The position numbers and the translations under genes are program-made. A stretch of 64,000 nucleotides of DNA. Source: Gammaproteobacteria bacterium (GTDB lineage: Bacteria; Pseudomonadota; Gammaproteobacteria; Eutrophobiales; Eutrophobiaceae). Location: positions 3,139,730 through 3,203,729 of the forward strand of contig CBDBDW010000002.1 of the NCBI GenBank assembly GCA_965204045.1, read 5' to 3'. The notes under the pieces were generated by a model that was not told the DNA's origin, made no database searches, and saw nothing but the letters and a program-made list of their open reading frames with translations. Shown here one piece after another: positions 38,501-47,579 of the stretch. Position 1 is the first letter of the stretch. Every line of letters begins with the position of its first letter.

Positions 38501-39256
38501 TTAAGCTGTATTGCAACATTTTGCGGCACTGGCCAGATCATCAAATAATTCTTGGTTGTCCATTGCCGGTAATTTTTCCGGGTGCCATTGCACTCCGATG
38601 ATATATTTTCCCGGGTCTTCAGCCTCTATCGCCTCAACAGTGCCGTCGGGCGCACGAGCGACCACTTTGAAACCTTGCGCAAGCCGGGCAAGGCCCTGGT
38701 GGTGCGTGGTGTTCACCCGCCGGGTTCCACAGCCCAAAATTGATGCCAGTCGCGATCCCGGTACGATTTCAACCGGGTGGCGCAGCGCCAGGATATCATC
38801 AAGCAGCGTCGGCCGGGGACCGTGGTCGGCCCTTCCTTCCTGCGTGATTTTCTGATTGAGCGTGCCACCGAATGCAACGTTTATCAGTTGCATGCCCCGG
38901 CAGGTGCCCAATACCGGGATTCCACGTTCAACTGCGGCATTTAACAGCGCTATTTCCCTGCGGTCTGCGTCAGGGTCAACATTCCGGCAAGTGCCTTTAT
39001 CACTGTCTCCATAGCAGGCAGGATCTATATCATCGCCCCCGGTGAGCAATAACGCATCGATTCTGGAAACCACATTTCCCTCTGTGCCCGGCCTGACGTG
39101 CGGCAGCATCATCGGAATGGCTTCGGCTGCATGGATTCGATCTACATAAGCCTCATCGATCTGAAATATATTCATACGACTGCCCCACACCTCAACATCC
39201 TGGCGCCAGGCTGCGATGCCGATTACCGGCAGGGTTGACTTCGATCGCGAATTCAT
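38501..39256 (-). CDS. Class-I glutamine amidotransferase-like peptidase C26 (gamma-glutamyl-GABA hydrolase, PuuD-like); start at MNSRSKSTLPVIGI
   Basis: GTCRGMQLINVAFGG Cys nucleophile, HHQG..., GVQWHPE. Confidence 0.8.
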   Translation of the reverse strand: MNSRSKSTLPVIGIAAWRQDVEVWGSRMNIFQIDEAYVDRIHAAEAIPMMLPHVRPGTEGNVVSRIDALLLTGGDDIDPACYGDSDKGTCRNVDPDADRREIALLNAAVERGIPVLGTCRGMQLINVAFGGTLNQKITQEGRADHGPRPTLLDDILALRHPVEIVPGSRLASILGCGTRRVNTTHHQGLARLAQGFKVVARAPDGTVEAIEAEDPGKYIIGVQWHPEKLPAMDNQELFDDLASAAKCCNTA

Positions 39257-39311
39257 TACTCCGAAAACAATGCAGCTTATACCAATACTGTTATTCCGGA
39301 GGAGCCAGCTT

Positions 39312-41318
39312 TCACAGCAAGCCGATTGCCTGTCGCGCAGCGCGCTGCCCCTCCGCCATTCCTCCCACGAAGGCTTGCAGGCCGCGCAGTTCGGCATGCG
39401 CGAAAAAGATCCGCCCATAACCCTCGCGCAACGTATCAGTTGCCGAACGGCTGTTATCCGCCGGATAGAAAAAACCGGGTTTTGGAACTGAATAGGCATG
39501 ACCCCATCGGTTAACGGTGATGGCCGCTATGTCGCGTTGTGGTTCGAATCCTCCTTTATCAAATAACACATGCATCTGTTTGATAACACGGTGCTCAATA
39601 TCCATATATGGCGTTGCCAGCAATTGTTGTCGCAATTCAAGGCCCTGTTGCCTGGCCGGCAAGGAACTGTCGATCAATGGCGCGTAAAATGTCAGGACTA
39701 TGGGTTTATCCGGGTGAAAGGGCGCCTTGTAGTCACCTACAACAAGCGGTTGCCGGATATTACAATAAAAACCGAATTTTCCGCCAAAGTACAGAACTGA
39801 CGTCAAGCCCATACGCTCCATAAAACGCCAGTTGGTTAACGCTACATTCACTACGACTACCGGTGAATGATCGAATTTATCCAATGCCGTTGCCACTGCG
39901 GGCGGCGCGTCGCCCAGAATATGCCTGCTGACCCAGGCGCCGGCGCAAACTATAGCCGTTTTCGAAATGACCTGGTGTAATTCGCCGTTTTTCTCATACA
40001 CGATCCGCACCCTGCTGCCGTTACTGCCCTTCAGGTGCCGCACGTCTATTACAGTGGCCGCCAGGTGCATACGCATATTGTTGTCTCGATTTTCCAATTC
40101 ATCAAAACGTATTTTGCCTCCCATCATGGAAGCAGGCTTGTTCTCGCCTTCAAACAGGCCAGGCCAGACATAATTCATCAGGTACCTGTATACATAGGTG
40201 TTCCCGCCGGGGAAACAACCCACATTGAAATCACGCATGAACGTGGTCAGGTGTTTGGCAGATACCGACGCCTTGTATTCACCCGACTCCGGGGTCTCGG
40301 CCGCCCCTGGCATCATCAGCAATTTCGTCGCCACATAGGCCGAACAGGTGGCAGACCCAAAACCGAGAGCGCTGGCGAGCAGAGGATCGCAAAAACGGGC
40401 AACGGCAGGTGACAGCCCATGGACATCCACCAGCAATTCTTCGTAAGACATCCGGTCCAGCCACCGATCCATGTCTTCCCTGTCATGGTTAAAGGAAAGA
40501 CTCCAGTTATAACGGAGAAAATCGTTCCGGGTTTTTTTATCATAGCCGAGCCCCTGCATCCCGTTCATAAAAGGGTTTCTGACAGGCTCGGGTTGGGGAT
40601 TATCATCCGTCGGGGCCGGGAAATAACCGATACTGTCAGAAACGGTCGCCCACAACGTAAATGCGTAATTCGTAACATCGAACTCCAGCGGTTTATCGGT
40701 CCCTTCCAGTTCAACCCAATCATAGGAAAGCGGCATTCCGATATCGTTAAACTCATCGAACATGAGGTCGTCACCGATTGCCGTCTGCCCCGAATAACGG
40801 GGCAGGATGACCAGATTTGAACCCTGTGGTCCGAAAACCCGGCGCCCATTTACGTTAAATTCGTTGTGTTTTGCCTCGCCGCCGAAAATCCTGTGATTCT
40901 CAAGGATCAGCATCCTTGTTTCTGGTGCGTCTTTCTTTATGCGATATGCCGCCCCCATGCTGGTCGCGCCGCCACCAATAATGACGACGTCATAATCATC
41001 ATCGGATGTATGGGCGTTATTGAACGCAGATTCGTCAAACTGGTTTTCCGCAATTGCGTGGGCACGGGCTACAACATCCCAGGTGTTACCATTTTTTCCC
41101 TGATAATCGCCGATACCACTGGGGCCGTCATAGGTTAAATTCACCGGAGCGGCGGCAGAATATTGAGCTGCCCTGGCCTGTAATAATTGTACCGGCGTTA
41201 ACCCACCCAGTAACGCTGTTCCGGCGCCAAGCAGACTCCCTCCAAGAAAATCACGACGCGTAATCTGCATACAAGGCAGATGGTTCTGTTGAATTACTGA
41301 TTGTCGTTTTCTGTTCAC
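39312..41318 (-). CDS. TAT-secreted FAD-dependent amine oxidoreductase (spermidine-dehydrogenase SpdH-like)
   Basis: Twin-arginine signal MQITRRDFLGGSLLGAGTALL; DVVIIGGGATSMGAAYR FAD motif. Confidence 0.75.
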   Translation of the reverse strand: MNRKRQSVIQQNHLPCMQITRRDFLGGSLLGAGTALLGGLTPVQLLQARAAQYSAAAPVNLTYDGPSGIGDYQGKNGNTWDVVARAHAIAENQFDESAFNNAHTSDDDYDVVIIGGGATSMGAAYRIKKDAPETRMLILENHRIFGGEAKHNEFNVNGRRVFGPQGSNLVILPRYSGQTAIGDDLMFDEFNDIGMPLSYDWVELEGTDKPLEFDVTNYAFTLWATVSDSIGYFPAPTDDNPQPEPVRNPFMNGMQGLGYDKKTRNDFLRYNWSLSFNHDREDMDRWLDRMSYEELLVDVHGLSPAVARFCDPLLASALGFGSATCSAYVATKLLMMPGAAETPESGEYKASVSAKHLTTFMRDFNVGCFPGGNTYVYRYLMNYVWPGLFEGENKPASMMGGKIRFDELENRDNNMRMHLAATVIDVRHLKGSNGSRVRIVYEKNGELHQVISKTAIVCAGAWVSRHILGDAPPAVATALDKFDHSPVVVVNVALTNWRFMERMGLTSVLYFGGKFGFYCNIRQPLVVGDYKAPFHPDKPIVLTFYAPLIDSSLPARQQGLELRQQLLATPYMDIEHRVIKQMHVLFDKGGFEPQRDIAAITVNRWGHAYSVPKPGFFYPADNSRSATDTLREGYGRIFFAHAELRGLQAFVGGMAEGQRAARQAIGLL

Positions 41319-41628
41319 GGTGTTCTCTTCAACGGGCGAATACTACTTATCATCATTAAAATATCACTGTCAGAAAATACAAAATTCATACAATTTGCCG
41401 AGTCGCAACAGGCATGAAACCAGCGCAAGGACATCGCGGATTTCGTTACCCGGAAGAGTTGGCAGTATCTGCTGGGAATGACATGGAAAATATTTTGTAC
41501 CATTTTTGTACTTTTCGGATTCTTCAGGTGATTTATTTTTTTATATCGTAAAGCAGTAACAATCCCAGGGGCAGACAAGGTGTGATTATTTGTACTGCAC
41601 ACTGGAATTTCCATACGGGGATGGTGAT

Positions 41629-44103
41629 ATGAAGAACTTAACCTTGACCAGGCAACTAGGTGTATTGATCTCTGTTTTCAGCATTTCTGCTGTGCCTGTG
41701 AATGCTCAAATACTTGAAGAAATTGTTGTAACCGCTGAAAAACGGGAAGAAAAACTATCTGACGTCAGTATTTCTGTTACCGCGTTTACAGGAGAGCAGT
41801 TAAAACGGCTTGGTTACAAAACTACGCGGGAGCTGAACGGGCAGATTCCAAACCTGACAATTACCGATTTCGGAGGCGTACCCCAGACTGTGCTGGTAAC
41901 CATCCGCGGATTGACACAGGACGATTTTCTCAACCACCAGGAGTCGCCGAATTCAGTCTTTTACGATAACGCCTATAACAGTTTTCTCGGCGGTATCGGA
42001 AACCAGTTATTTGATATTGACCGCGTAGAAGTTTTACGCGGACCGCAAGGGACCCTGTTCGGAAGAAATGCAACGGGGGGACTCATCCACATTCTCACCG
42101 CAAAGCCTACGGATGAGTTCGAAGGTTATGGTGAAATAACCGCAGGTTCATATGAGATGGTCCGGTTTGAAGGAGCAATCAGCGGGCCGCTATCCGACGA
42201 ACTTTCCGGGCGGCTTTCAATTGCAACGGAGCATAACGGCGGATTTGTAGAAAACCGGGCCGACACATTGAGTGACGGTACAGTGGCCAGCGATGGCAAG
42301 GATGGCGGTAATATGGAGAACTACAGCCTGCGGTCCAGACTCTTATGGTCTCCCGGAGACGACACCGAGGTATTGATAACAGGAAGGTACTCCAGGGACG
42401 ATGACGTCAGGGCTGCAGTATATGACATTGATGCCGCCCTCAATCTTGGCGCATTCGATCCATCCATTGGCGGACCTAATGTAAATCTTCCGAATGTCGG
42501 TTCATATCCACTCAGCCAATCCGATTTCAATTCATACTGTTTAAATGTCTTCGCTGTTTCCGCTGCCGACAGTGAGGATAATTGTACCGGCAATGATGAT
42601 GACGATGATTTTGCCGGTTCTTTCAGTGACAGTTTTTTCAATCGGGAGAGTTACGGAATTACACTTGATATCAATCACTCAACGGGGGATATACAGATAA
42701 CATCCATTACTGATTTCAAGACTATTGAGCAGGATTACCGGGAGGACAGTGATGGGGTCTCCCGTACCGGGCCGGCGCTGGAAGCTGCCAGGCAGGCCTC
42801 GATTGACGGCACTCTCTTCGGTGTTCCAACCCTGCCCCCGGGGGCACCGATAGAAACTGTCATAGTGGCGGATTTTATCGGATCTGCAGATACGGATCAG
42901 TTCTCACAGGAGTTGCGTATTTCAGGTGAAAACGCTTCCCTGCAATGGCAAACAGGCGCTTATTTGCTGTACATCGATGGTGACTACACAAGCGGCTACG
43001 CTTCATTGGAAACATTCGGCGCAGCGAACGAAAATTTCTATAGTCTCGAAACGCTGAGTTATGCATTTTTTGTCGAAGCACAGTATTTTCTGACGCAGGA
43101 GGTAACTTTTATCGGAGGTGTTCGCTGGACCAGGGACGAAAAGGAATTCTCATTTATCGGTACGTGCACGAATAATACGACCGGCACTTACACATTTGAT
43201 TTTTTTGGATTGGCAGACCCCTGCGTGGATTTCGGTTTTGTCGTACCTGGAGCAGGTTTCATTCAGGACATCGGTTTCACAAAGGAAACCGCAGGTGATC
43301 TGACTGAATTGAATGACGATGCATTTTCATTTAAAGCGCAAATTGAATGGCAGCCGAATGATGACTTGTTGTTTTATGGGGGTGTGACCCGCGCAAATAA
43401 AGCTGGAAATTTCAACGCGGGTATCGCAAACAATATCGTTCCGGCCGTAGTCCCGTTTCAGCAGGAGATTCTTACTTCCTATGAGGCCGGTGTTAAAACG
43501 ACCTTGCTGAACGGAACCGTCAGGTTAAGTGCTGCAGGATTTTACTACGATTATGAAGATTACCAGGCAGCAACCTTCACGCCCGATTTTGTAAACCTGA
43601 TTTCGAATGTTGAGGCGGATGTAGTCGGTGGGGAGGTGGAAATATACGCCCAACCATTTGAAAACACGACTTTTGTGTTCGGCGCCTCATACCTCGATGC
43701 AGAAGCGGACGGTGTGCCAATTCCATTCGGTTCGGGTGAACTGGTTCCTCTCAAACAGGATATGCCGCAAGCGCCGAAATGGTCCGCAAACGGCCTGCTA
43801 CGTCAGGATTGGCCGACGACCTTCGGCAACCTGTTCACACAGATAGACTTCAACTACATAGACGAAAGGGCTACAAGTACTGCAAATTCGCCAATTGCAA
43901 CCCTTGAAAGTTATGTGTTAGCCAATCTTCGCGTAGGTATGAGCACAGCTGATGATAAATGGACTGCTACATTTTTTATTAACAACCTGACTGATACCAC
44001 CGCGATACAGAAGGCGTTTGATCTTTCATTATTTGGAGGATATCGACAACTGGTTAATGGTACGCCTCGTTGGTATGGAGGCACAATCAGGTATCAATTC
44101 TGA
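41629..44103 (+). CDS. TonB-dependent outer membrane receptor; start MKNLTL
   Basis: Plug motifs EEIVVTAEKREEKLSDVSISVTAF, VEVLRGPQGTLFGRNATGGLI; C-terminal ...RYQF. Confidence 0.85.
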   Translation: MKNLTLTRQLGVLISVFSISAVPVNAQILEEIVVTAEKREEKLSDVSISVTAFTGEQLKRLGYKTTRELNGQIPNLTITDFGGVPQTVLVTIRGLTQDDFLNHQESPNSVFYDNAYNSFLGGIGNQLFDIDRVEVLRGPQGTLFGRNATGGLIHILTAKPTDEFEGYGEITAGSYEMVRFEGAISGPLSDELSGRLSIATEHNGGFVENRADTLSDGTVASDGKDGGNMENYSLRSRLLWSPGDDTEVLITGRYSRDDDVRAAVYDIDAALNLGAFDPSIGGPNVNLPNVGSYPLSQSDFNSYCLNVFAVSAADSEDNCTGNDDDDDFAGSFSDSFFNRESYGITLDINHSTGDIQITSITDFKTIEQDYREDSDGVSRTGPALEAARQASIDGTLFGVPTLPPGAPIETVIVADFIGSADTDQFSQELRISGENASLQWQTGAYLLYIDGDYTSGYASLETFGAANENFYSLETLSYAFFVEAQYFLTQEVTFIGGVRWTRDEKEFSFIGTCTNNTTGTYTFDFFGLADPCVDFGFVVPGAGFIQDIGFTKETAGDLTELNDDAFSFKAQIEWQPNDDLLFYGGVTRANKAGNFNAGIANNIVPAVVPFQQEILTSYEAGVKTTLLNGTVRLSAAGFYYDYEDYQAATFTPDFVNLISNVEADVVGGEVEIYAQPFENTTFVFGASYLDAEADGVPIPFGSGELVPLKQDMPQAPKWSANGLLRQDWPTTFGNLFTQIDFNYIDERATSTANSPIATLESYVLANLRVGMSTADDKWTATFFINNLTDTTAIQKAFDLSLFGGYRQLVNGTPRWYGGTIRYQF

Positions 44104-44175
44104 CAATAGCATTCTGGTCAGGCAATAAAAGTAACGTAACGATTGACCTCCGTCACTACGTTACGAACAGCGCTG

Positions 44176-44300
44176 GAAAGAATGCCGATGGCCGGATTCG
44201 AAAGAATAATATAACTTGTTGTTTTTATTGTATAATAATGTTGTGCGTGGTGTCTATTGCAACATTTTTCCTAACATTATTTTGGGGCTGTATTCATGAC
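44176..44300. repeat. Repeat copy R2; carries tRNA-Leu 3'-end-like segment (minus-strand reading TTCGAATCCGGCCATCGGCATTC)
   Basis: gaatgccgatggccggattcgaa + conserved aatataacttgttg...ttttggggctgtattcatga. Confidence 0.7.
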
Positions 44301-44320
44301 GGTCCCTGTTGGCGTTGGTT

Positions 44321-44893
44321 TCAGGTGTCGTCCGGGAGTGTCTGCGTCCAACTGTTGCGTACAGTATCAATGCTGATGAACATTCTTAATGGGCGCGTCG
44401 GCAGCGACTGAAACCCCATGGCAAGATAAAATGCCCGGCGTTTTTCTGTAATATCGGGACCACCGTCCTCAATCACGTCGAGCACCACGGCCTTCAGTCC
44501 GATTTGATCGGCAGCGCCCACCGCGCGCTTTAATGCGTTTCCGAGCAGGATACTTCCTATGCCTTGCCCCTGGTGGCGACGGTCTACGGCGATCATTGAG
44601 AGGTAGGCTGTCGGGATACTTCCGGACCGGGGAGCGTGTTTCGTCAGGCTGGGCGGGAGACCCTCTCCTTCCAGCGAGTGCGCGTTCAGCGCGTAATAAC
44701 CCAGAATTTCATCTCGCCCGCCCTCAGTAGCAACCCAGACCCGTGTAAAGTCCCCCGACTGCTGTTTCCTGGCGCTACGTTTGAGAAAGTTGTCGAGCCG
44801 GACGGTCCCGCATGAGAAAGACGCCCTGTCGTGTTTCTCCGGGTCAAGCGGTGTGATGGATATCCGCCGTGGGTTCAACCCGGCTTCAGTCAC
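44321..44893 (-). CDS. GNAT-family acetyltransferase toxin (TacT-like); probable GTG start overlapping antitoxin stop
   Basis: ...ITPLDPEKHDRASFSCGTVRLDNFLKRSA..., acetyl-CoA motif RRHQGQGIGSILL. Confidence 0.7.
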   Translation of the reverse strand: MTEAGLNPRRISITPLDPEKHDRASFSCGTVRLDNFLKRSARKQQSGDFTRVWVATEGGRDEILGYYALNAHSLEGEGLPPSLTKHAPRSGSIPTAYLSMIAVDRRHQGQGIGSILLGNALKRAVGAADQIGLKAVVLDVIEDGGPDITEKRRAFYLAMGFQSLPTRPLRMFISIDTVRNSWTQTLPDDT

Positions 44894-45197
44894 CCTGCGC
44901 CACTCGGGCGTCGTGCATAGCCATAACTTTCCGCAGTGCGTCGGTCGGCGGCGCCGGCGTTTCCAGGGCAGCCAGAACCACCTCACGGTCTGCGGCAGAC
45001 AGGATCGTACGTTCATGGTCTGCAATCGTTGCCTGTGCCCGCTCAAGCGCCACGCTTGTCACGAAAGTTGTCTCATCGATACCGAGCAGGGCCGCCGCTC
45101 GCTGTATCTGCGCCTTGACGTGCGGTTTGGTTCGTTGTTCCATCCGCGCCGTTTTCGGTTCATCAATAGCGGCCGCATAATCGTCGAAATTCAGCAT
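44886..45197 (-). CDS. DUF1778-family (TacA-like, RHH) antitoxin
   Basis: 103 aa; ...KAQIQRAAALLGIDETTFVTSVALERA... Confidence 0.75.
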   Translation of the reverse strand: MLNFDDYAAAIDEPKTARMEQRTKPHVKAQIQRAAALLGIDETTFVTSVALERAQATIADHERTILSAADREVVLAALETPAPPTDALRKVMAMHDARVAQGD

Positions 45198-45301
45198 GGT
45201 CGTATCTCCATTATTTTTTGTTATTGTACGGTAATTTGCCGGACAATCAACTAATTCCTAAACGGCTAGTGGTTCAGGTTACGGGGAGAGGGTCAAGGGG
45301 G

Positions 45302-45805
45302 TCAACGTGCCTGAAGAAGTGTTTCGATACGTTGAACGGGAAGCATCAGGGTCATAGGGTCAATATGCGACACCCGGAACCCGTATCTCAGGTAAAAACG
45401 CCTGGCATCTTCTGAAATGGCGTGTACCAGCACCGCCCGGACGCCTGCATTCCGTGCAACAGCCAGTGTGCGTAACAAGGCATCTTTCAGCAGGGCAGCG
45501 CCCAGGCCTTGACCCTGCGTTGCACGTTCAACGGCCAAACGACCCAATACCATGACGGGAACGGCTTCCGGCATATTGCGGGCTATCGCCGCAGGAGCGC
45601 TGATTCGCTCGACACTCCCGCTGGCAAGAGCATAGAACCCGACTACCCGCTTACCCTCGCTGATAACAAAAGTTCTGCTGGCGCCACTGTCCTGATTTTT
45701 CAGCGCATGCTTTTTAAGCCACTCATTGAGCGCTTCATTACCACAGTCAAACTCCACCAGCAGATGACTGTCAGTCAGAGGCTCCGGGGCTTTGGCTACT
45801 CCCAT
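45302..45805 (-). CDS. GNAT-family acetyltransferase toxin (TacT-like), second paralog
   Basis: LLVEFDCGNEALNEWLKKHA N-terminus, QGQGLGAALL acetyl-CoA motif. Confidence 0.8.
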   Translation of the reverse strand: MGVAKAPEPLTDSHLLVEFDCGNEALNEWLKKHALKNQDSGASRTFVISEGKRVVGFYALASGSVERISAPAAIARNMPEAVPVMVLGRLAVERATQGQGLGAALLKDALLRTLAVARNAGVRAVLVHAISEDARRFYLRYGFRVSHIDPMTLMLPVQRIETLLQAR

Positions 45806-46059
45806 GGAGAAGGAGAAGTCAACAGGGATTTCAGCTTCTCGTTAGCAGGCGCCGGCGCTTCCAGGGCTGCGGTAAAGGCAGCAAAAGTATCATCGTCAAG
45901 TTGAAAAAGACGTTGATTGAGCAACACGTGTTCCGCTTCCCGACAGGCAACGTCCAGGATAAAAGCGCTTCTGTCCTTGTTAAGCATCGCAGCAGCTTTG
46001 GTCAACAGCGCACGCTGACCAGGTTCAACGCGCATGTTAATAGGGGCAGTTTTGGACAT
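45796..46059 (-). CDS. DUF1778-family antitoxin, second paralog; start at MSKTAPINMRVEPG
   Basis: INMRVEPGQRALLTKAAAMLNKDRSAFILDVA. Confidence 0.75.
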   Translation of the reverse strand: MSKTAPINMRVEPGQRALLTKAAAMLNKDRSAFILDVACREAEHVLLNQRLFQLDDDTFAAFTAALEAPAPANEKLKSLLTSPSPWE

Positions 46060-46164
46060 AATGATAAATCTCTTTGAATATCTTGATGCGATACATTCTA
46101 GTATAGCTATCAGATACACGCAAATGTTCCGCTCTCAGCAGAGAAATTGGAACTGCAAAAACGG

Positions 46165-46285
46165 ATAAATGGTGCCGATGGCCGGAATAGAAACTGTAAT
46201 GTAACTCGTTGTTTTTATTAAAATATAATGTAGGGCATGTTGTCTATTCCAACATTTTTTCCAACATTATTTTGTGTCCCCAAAA
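46165..46285. repeat. Repeat copy R3 (minus-strand reading ...TTCCGGCCATCGGCACCA; distal end partly inverted relative to other copies)
   Basis: ggtgccgatggccggaataga + taactcgttgtttttatt..atgttgtctattccaacattttttccaacattattttgtgtcccc. Confidence 0.65.
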
Positions 46286-46311
46286 CTATGCAATTACAGG
46301 GCCGCGGGTCA

Positions 46312-47137
46312 CTATGAAATACTTAAGTCGAAGCCGGCTGAGATTGTGTACCATGTACCTTTCCCTTTCCCGTGTTTCGTTAAATGACCATTTTTTACTA
46401 AAGAAGCAATGTGCTCTTTAATCGTCCCCCGGGCGGCACTGGTTGACTTTATGATGTCATCCATTTTGATTTGACCCCGCTCACGTGCAAGTTCCACATA
46501 ATCTACCGTTACCATCCTGAAACGGGTGGATTTGTAACAAGACAACGATAAATACCGCAATAATCAACAGGGGATGAAAAGACCGTTCTTGTAGCGCTTT
46601 ATTCGTCCACTCCTCCAACTCAGTCATCAAACGTGGTGTATCAAAAGGTGATGCCGTAGCAAAAACAACCCCGAGGCTTTTCCCGCTTTCATCAAAAGCC
46701 TCAACATGATTATCAATTTTTTTGTAGTGTCCACGATGTCTTTCGTCTTTTCCTGAATATTGAAGTAAATCACGATGCAGTTGTTTGATGTGATTTTCTG
46801 TCAGTGTGATTGCCGACCACGATGAGAAAATTGTCTCCATGACTTCTGCGTAGCCTGCCACTTCTTCTTCATCGCGTGATTGGAAGGACTTGTTCGGTAG
46901 TTCAATTAACAAGGCTTGAACCTGATTATCCGATAATTGACTTCCTTCTATCCTGGTTGAGGAACCAATGCTTTCGATTGTTGCCACACGACGTAAGGCG
47001 GATAGCCGCTCGGGGGTAAGGGTTGCCAACGCATGCCACGCCCCTTTGAACTCATCCAGTTCTGCAATAATATCGAGTATTTCCGGGGTGATATGAAGGG
47101 TATGTGTTTTAATTGTTTCAGCCATAAATCCAACCAT
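46312..47137 (-). pseudogene. fic: Decayed fic (Fido-domain) gene: Fic domain ORF ends 5 codons after the HPFQDGNGR motif and the C-terminal wHTH continues in another frame
   Basis: HPFQDGNGRLCGTCT* in one frame; overlapping ORF MRYLSLSCYK...LARERGQIKMDDIIKSTSAARGTIKEHIASLVKNGHL (wHTH); about 80 aa missing between motif and wHTH. Confidence 0.65.
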
Positions 47138-47225
47138 ATCCGGCCATAAATATCAAACAAATAATCATAAACGGTTTTCGGCCATAAATCCAGCCAAATT
47201 CAGCCATAAAAAACCGTTAAAGCCA

Positions 47226-47372
47226 GGAAATGGTGCCGATGGCCGGATTCGAATAAGTAATATAACTTGTTATTTTATCCGGGGAAAATGTTGTGAGTGG
47301 TGTCCATTACAACACTTTTCCTAACATTGTTTTGGGGCTGGTTTCATGATGATTTTGTTGTTTTTTCATCTT
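47226..47372. repeat. Repeat copy R4 (minus-strand reading ...TTCGAATCCGGCCATCGGCACCA)
   Basis: ggtgccgatggccggattcgaataagtaatataacttgtt...ttttggggctggtttcatgatgattttgttg. Confidence 0.7.
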
Positions 47373-47579
47373 TCAGCAACAGGGCAATGACGTCCTGCAG
47401 TTTTTTATCCTGGTCCTTCAGGGTTTTTTCAGAAAAAAAGAACCCTTAAAACCTGGCAAGTACCTGTTCACCTACATACAACAGGGGATTGAAACGGATA
47501 CAACCCGGGGAGACTTCCCATAATCGGTCGTCATGTTATAATCAACATTTAGAATTTAATTTCGTATATAAGAAATATT

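Noticed and set aside
41315-41614. 99-aa minus-strand ORF in the leader of the second TonB receptor gene
   Set aside because: It lies in an AT-rich divergent promoter region and has no RBS or motif; an intergenic regulatory role is more plausible.
41319-41628. Possible cobalamin riboswitch upstream of the TonB receptor
   Set aside because: No B12-box (GCCACTG-like) or conserved riboswitch stems were found by eye.
44176-44260. A complete tRNA gene at the repeat cores
   Set aside because: Only T-loop, T-stem 3' half, acceptor 3' strand and CCA are present. No complementary T-stem 5' half, D-arm or anticodon arm could be found upstream.
44070-44411. 113-aa plus-strand ORF spanning repeat R2
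   Set aside because: It runs through the conserved non-coding repeat and the TBDR terminator region; spurious.
44176-47372. Interpreting the repeats as integron attC sites
   Set aside because: No intI-like gene is adjacent. The repeats lack the long imperfect palindrome and the RYYYAAC/GTTRRRY core pair of attC. They instead carry a tRNA 3'-end-like terminus.
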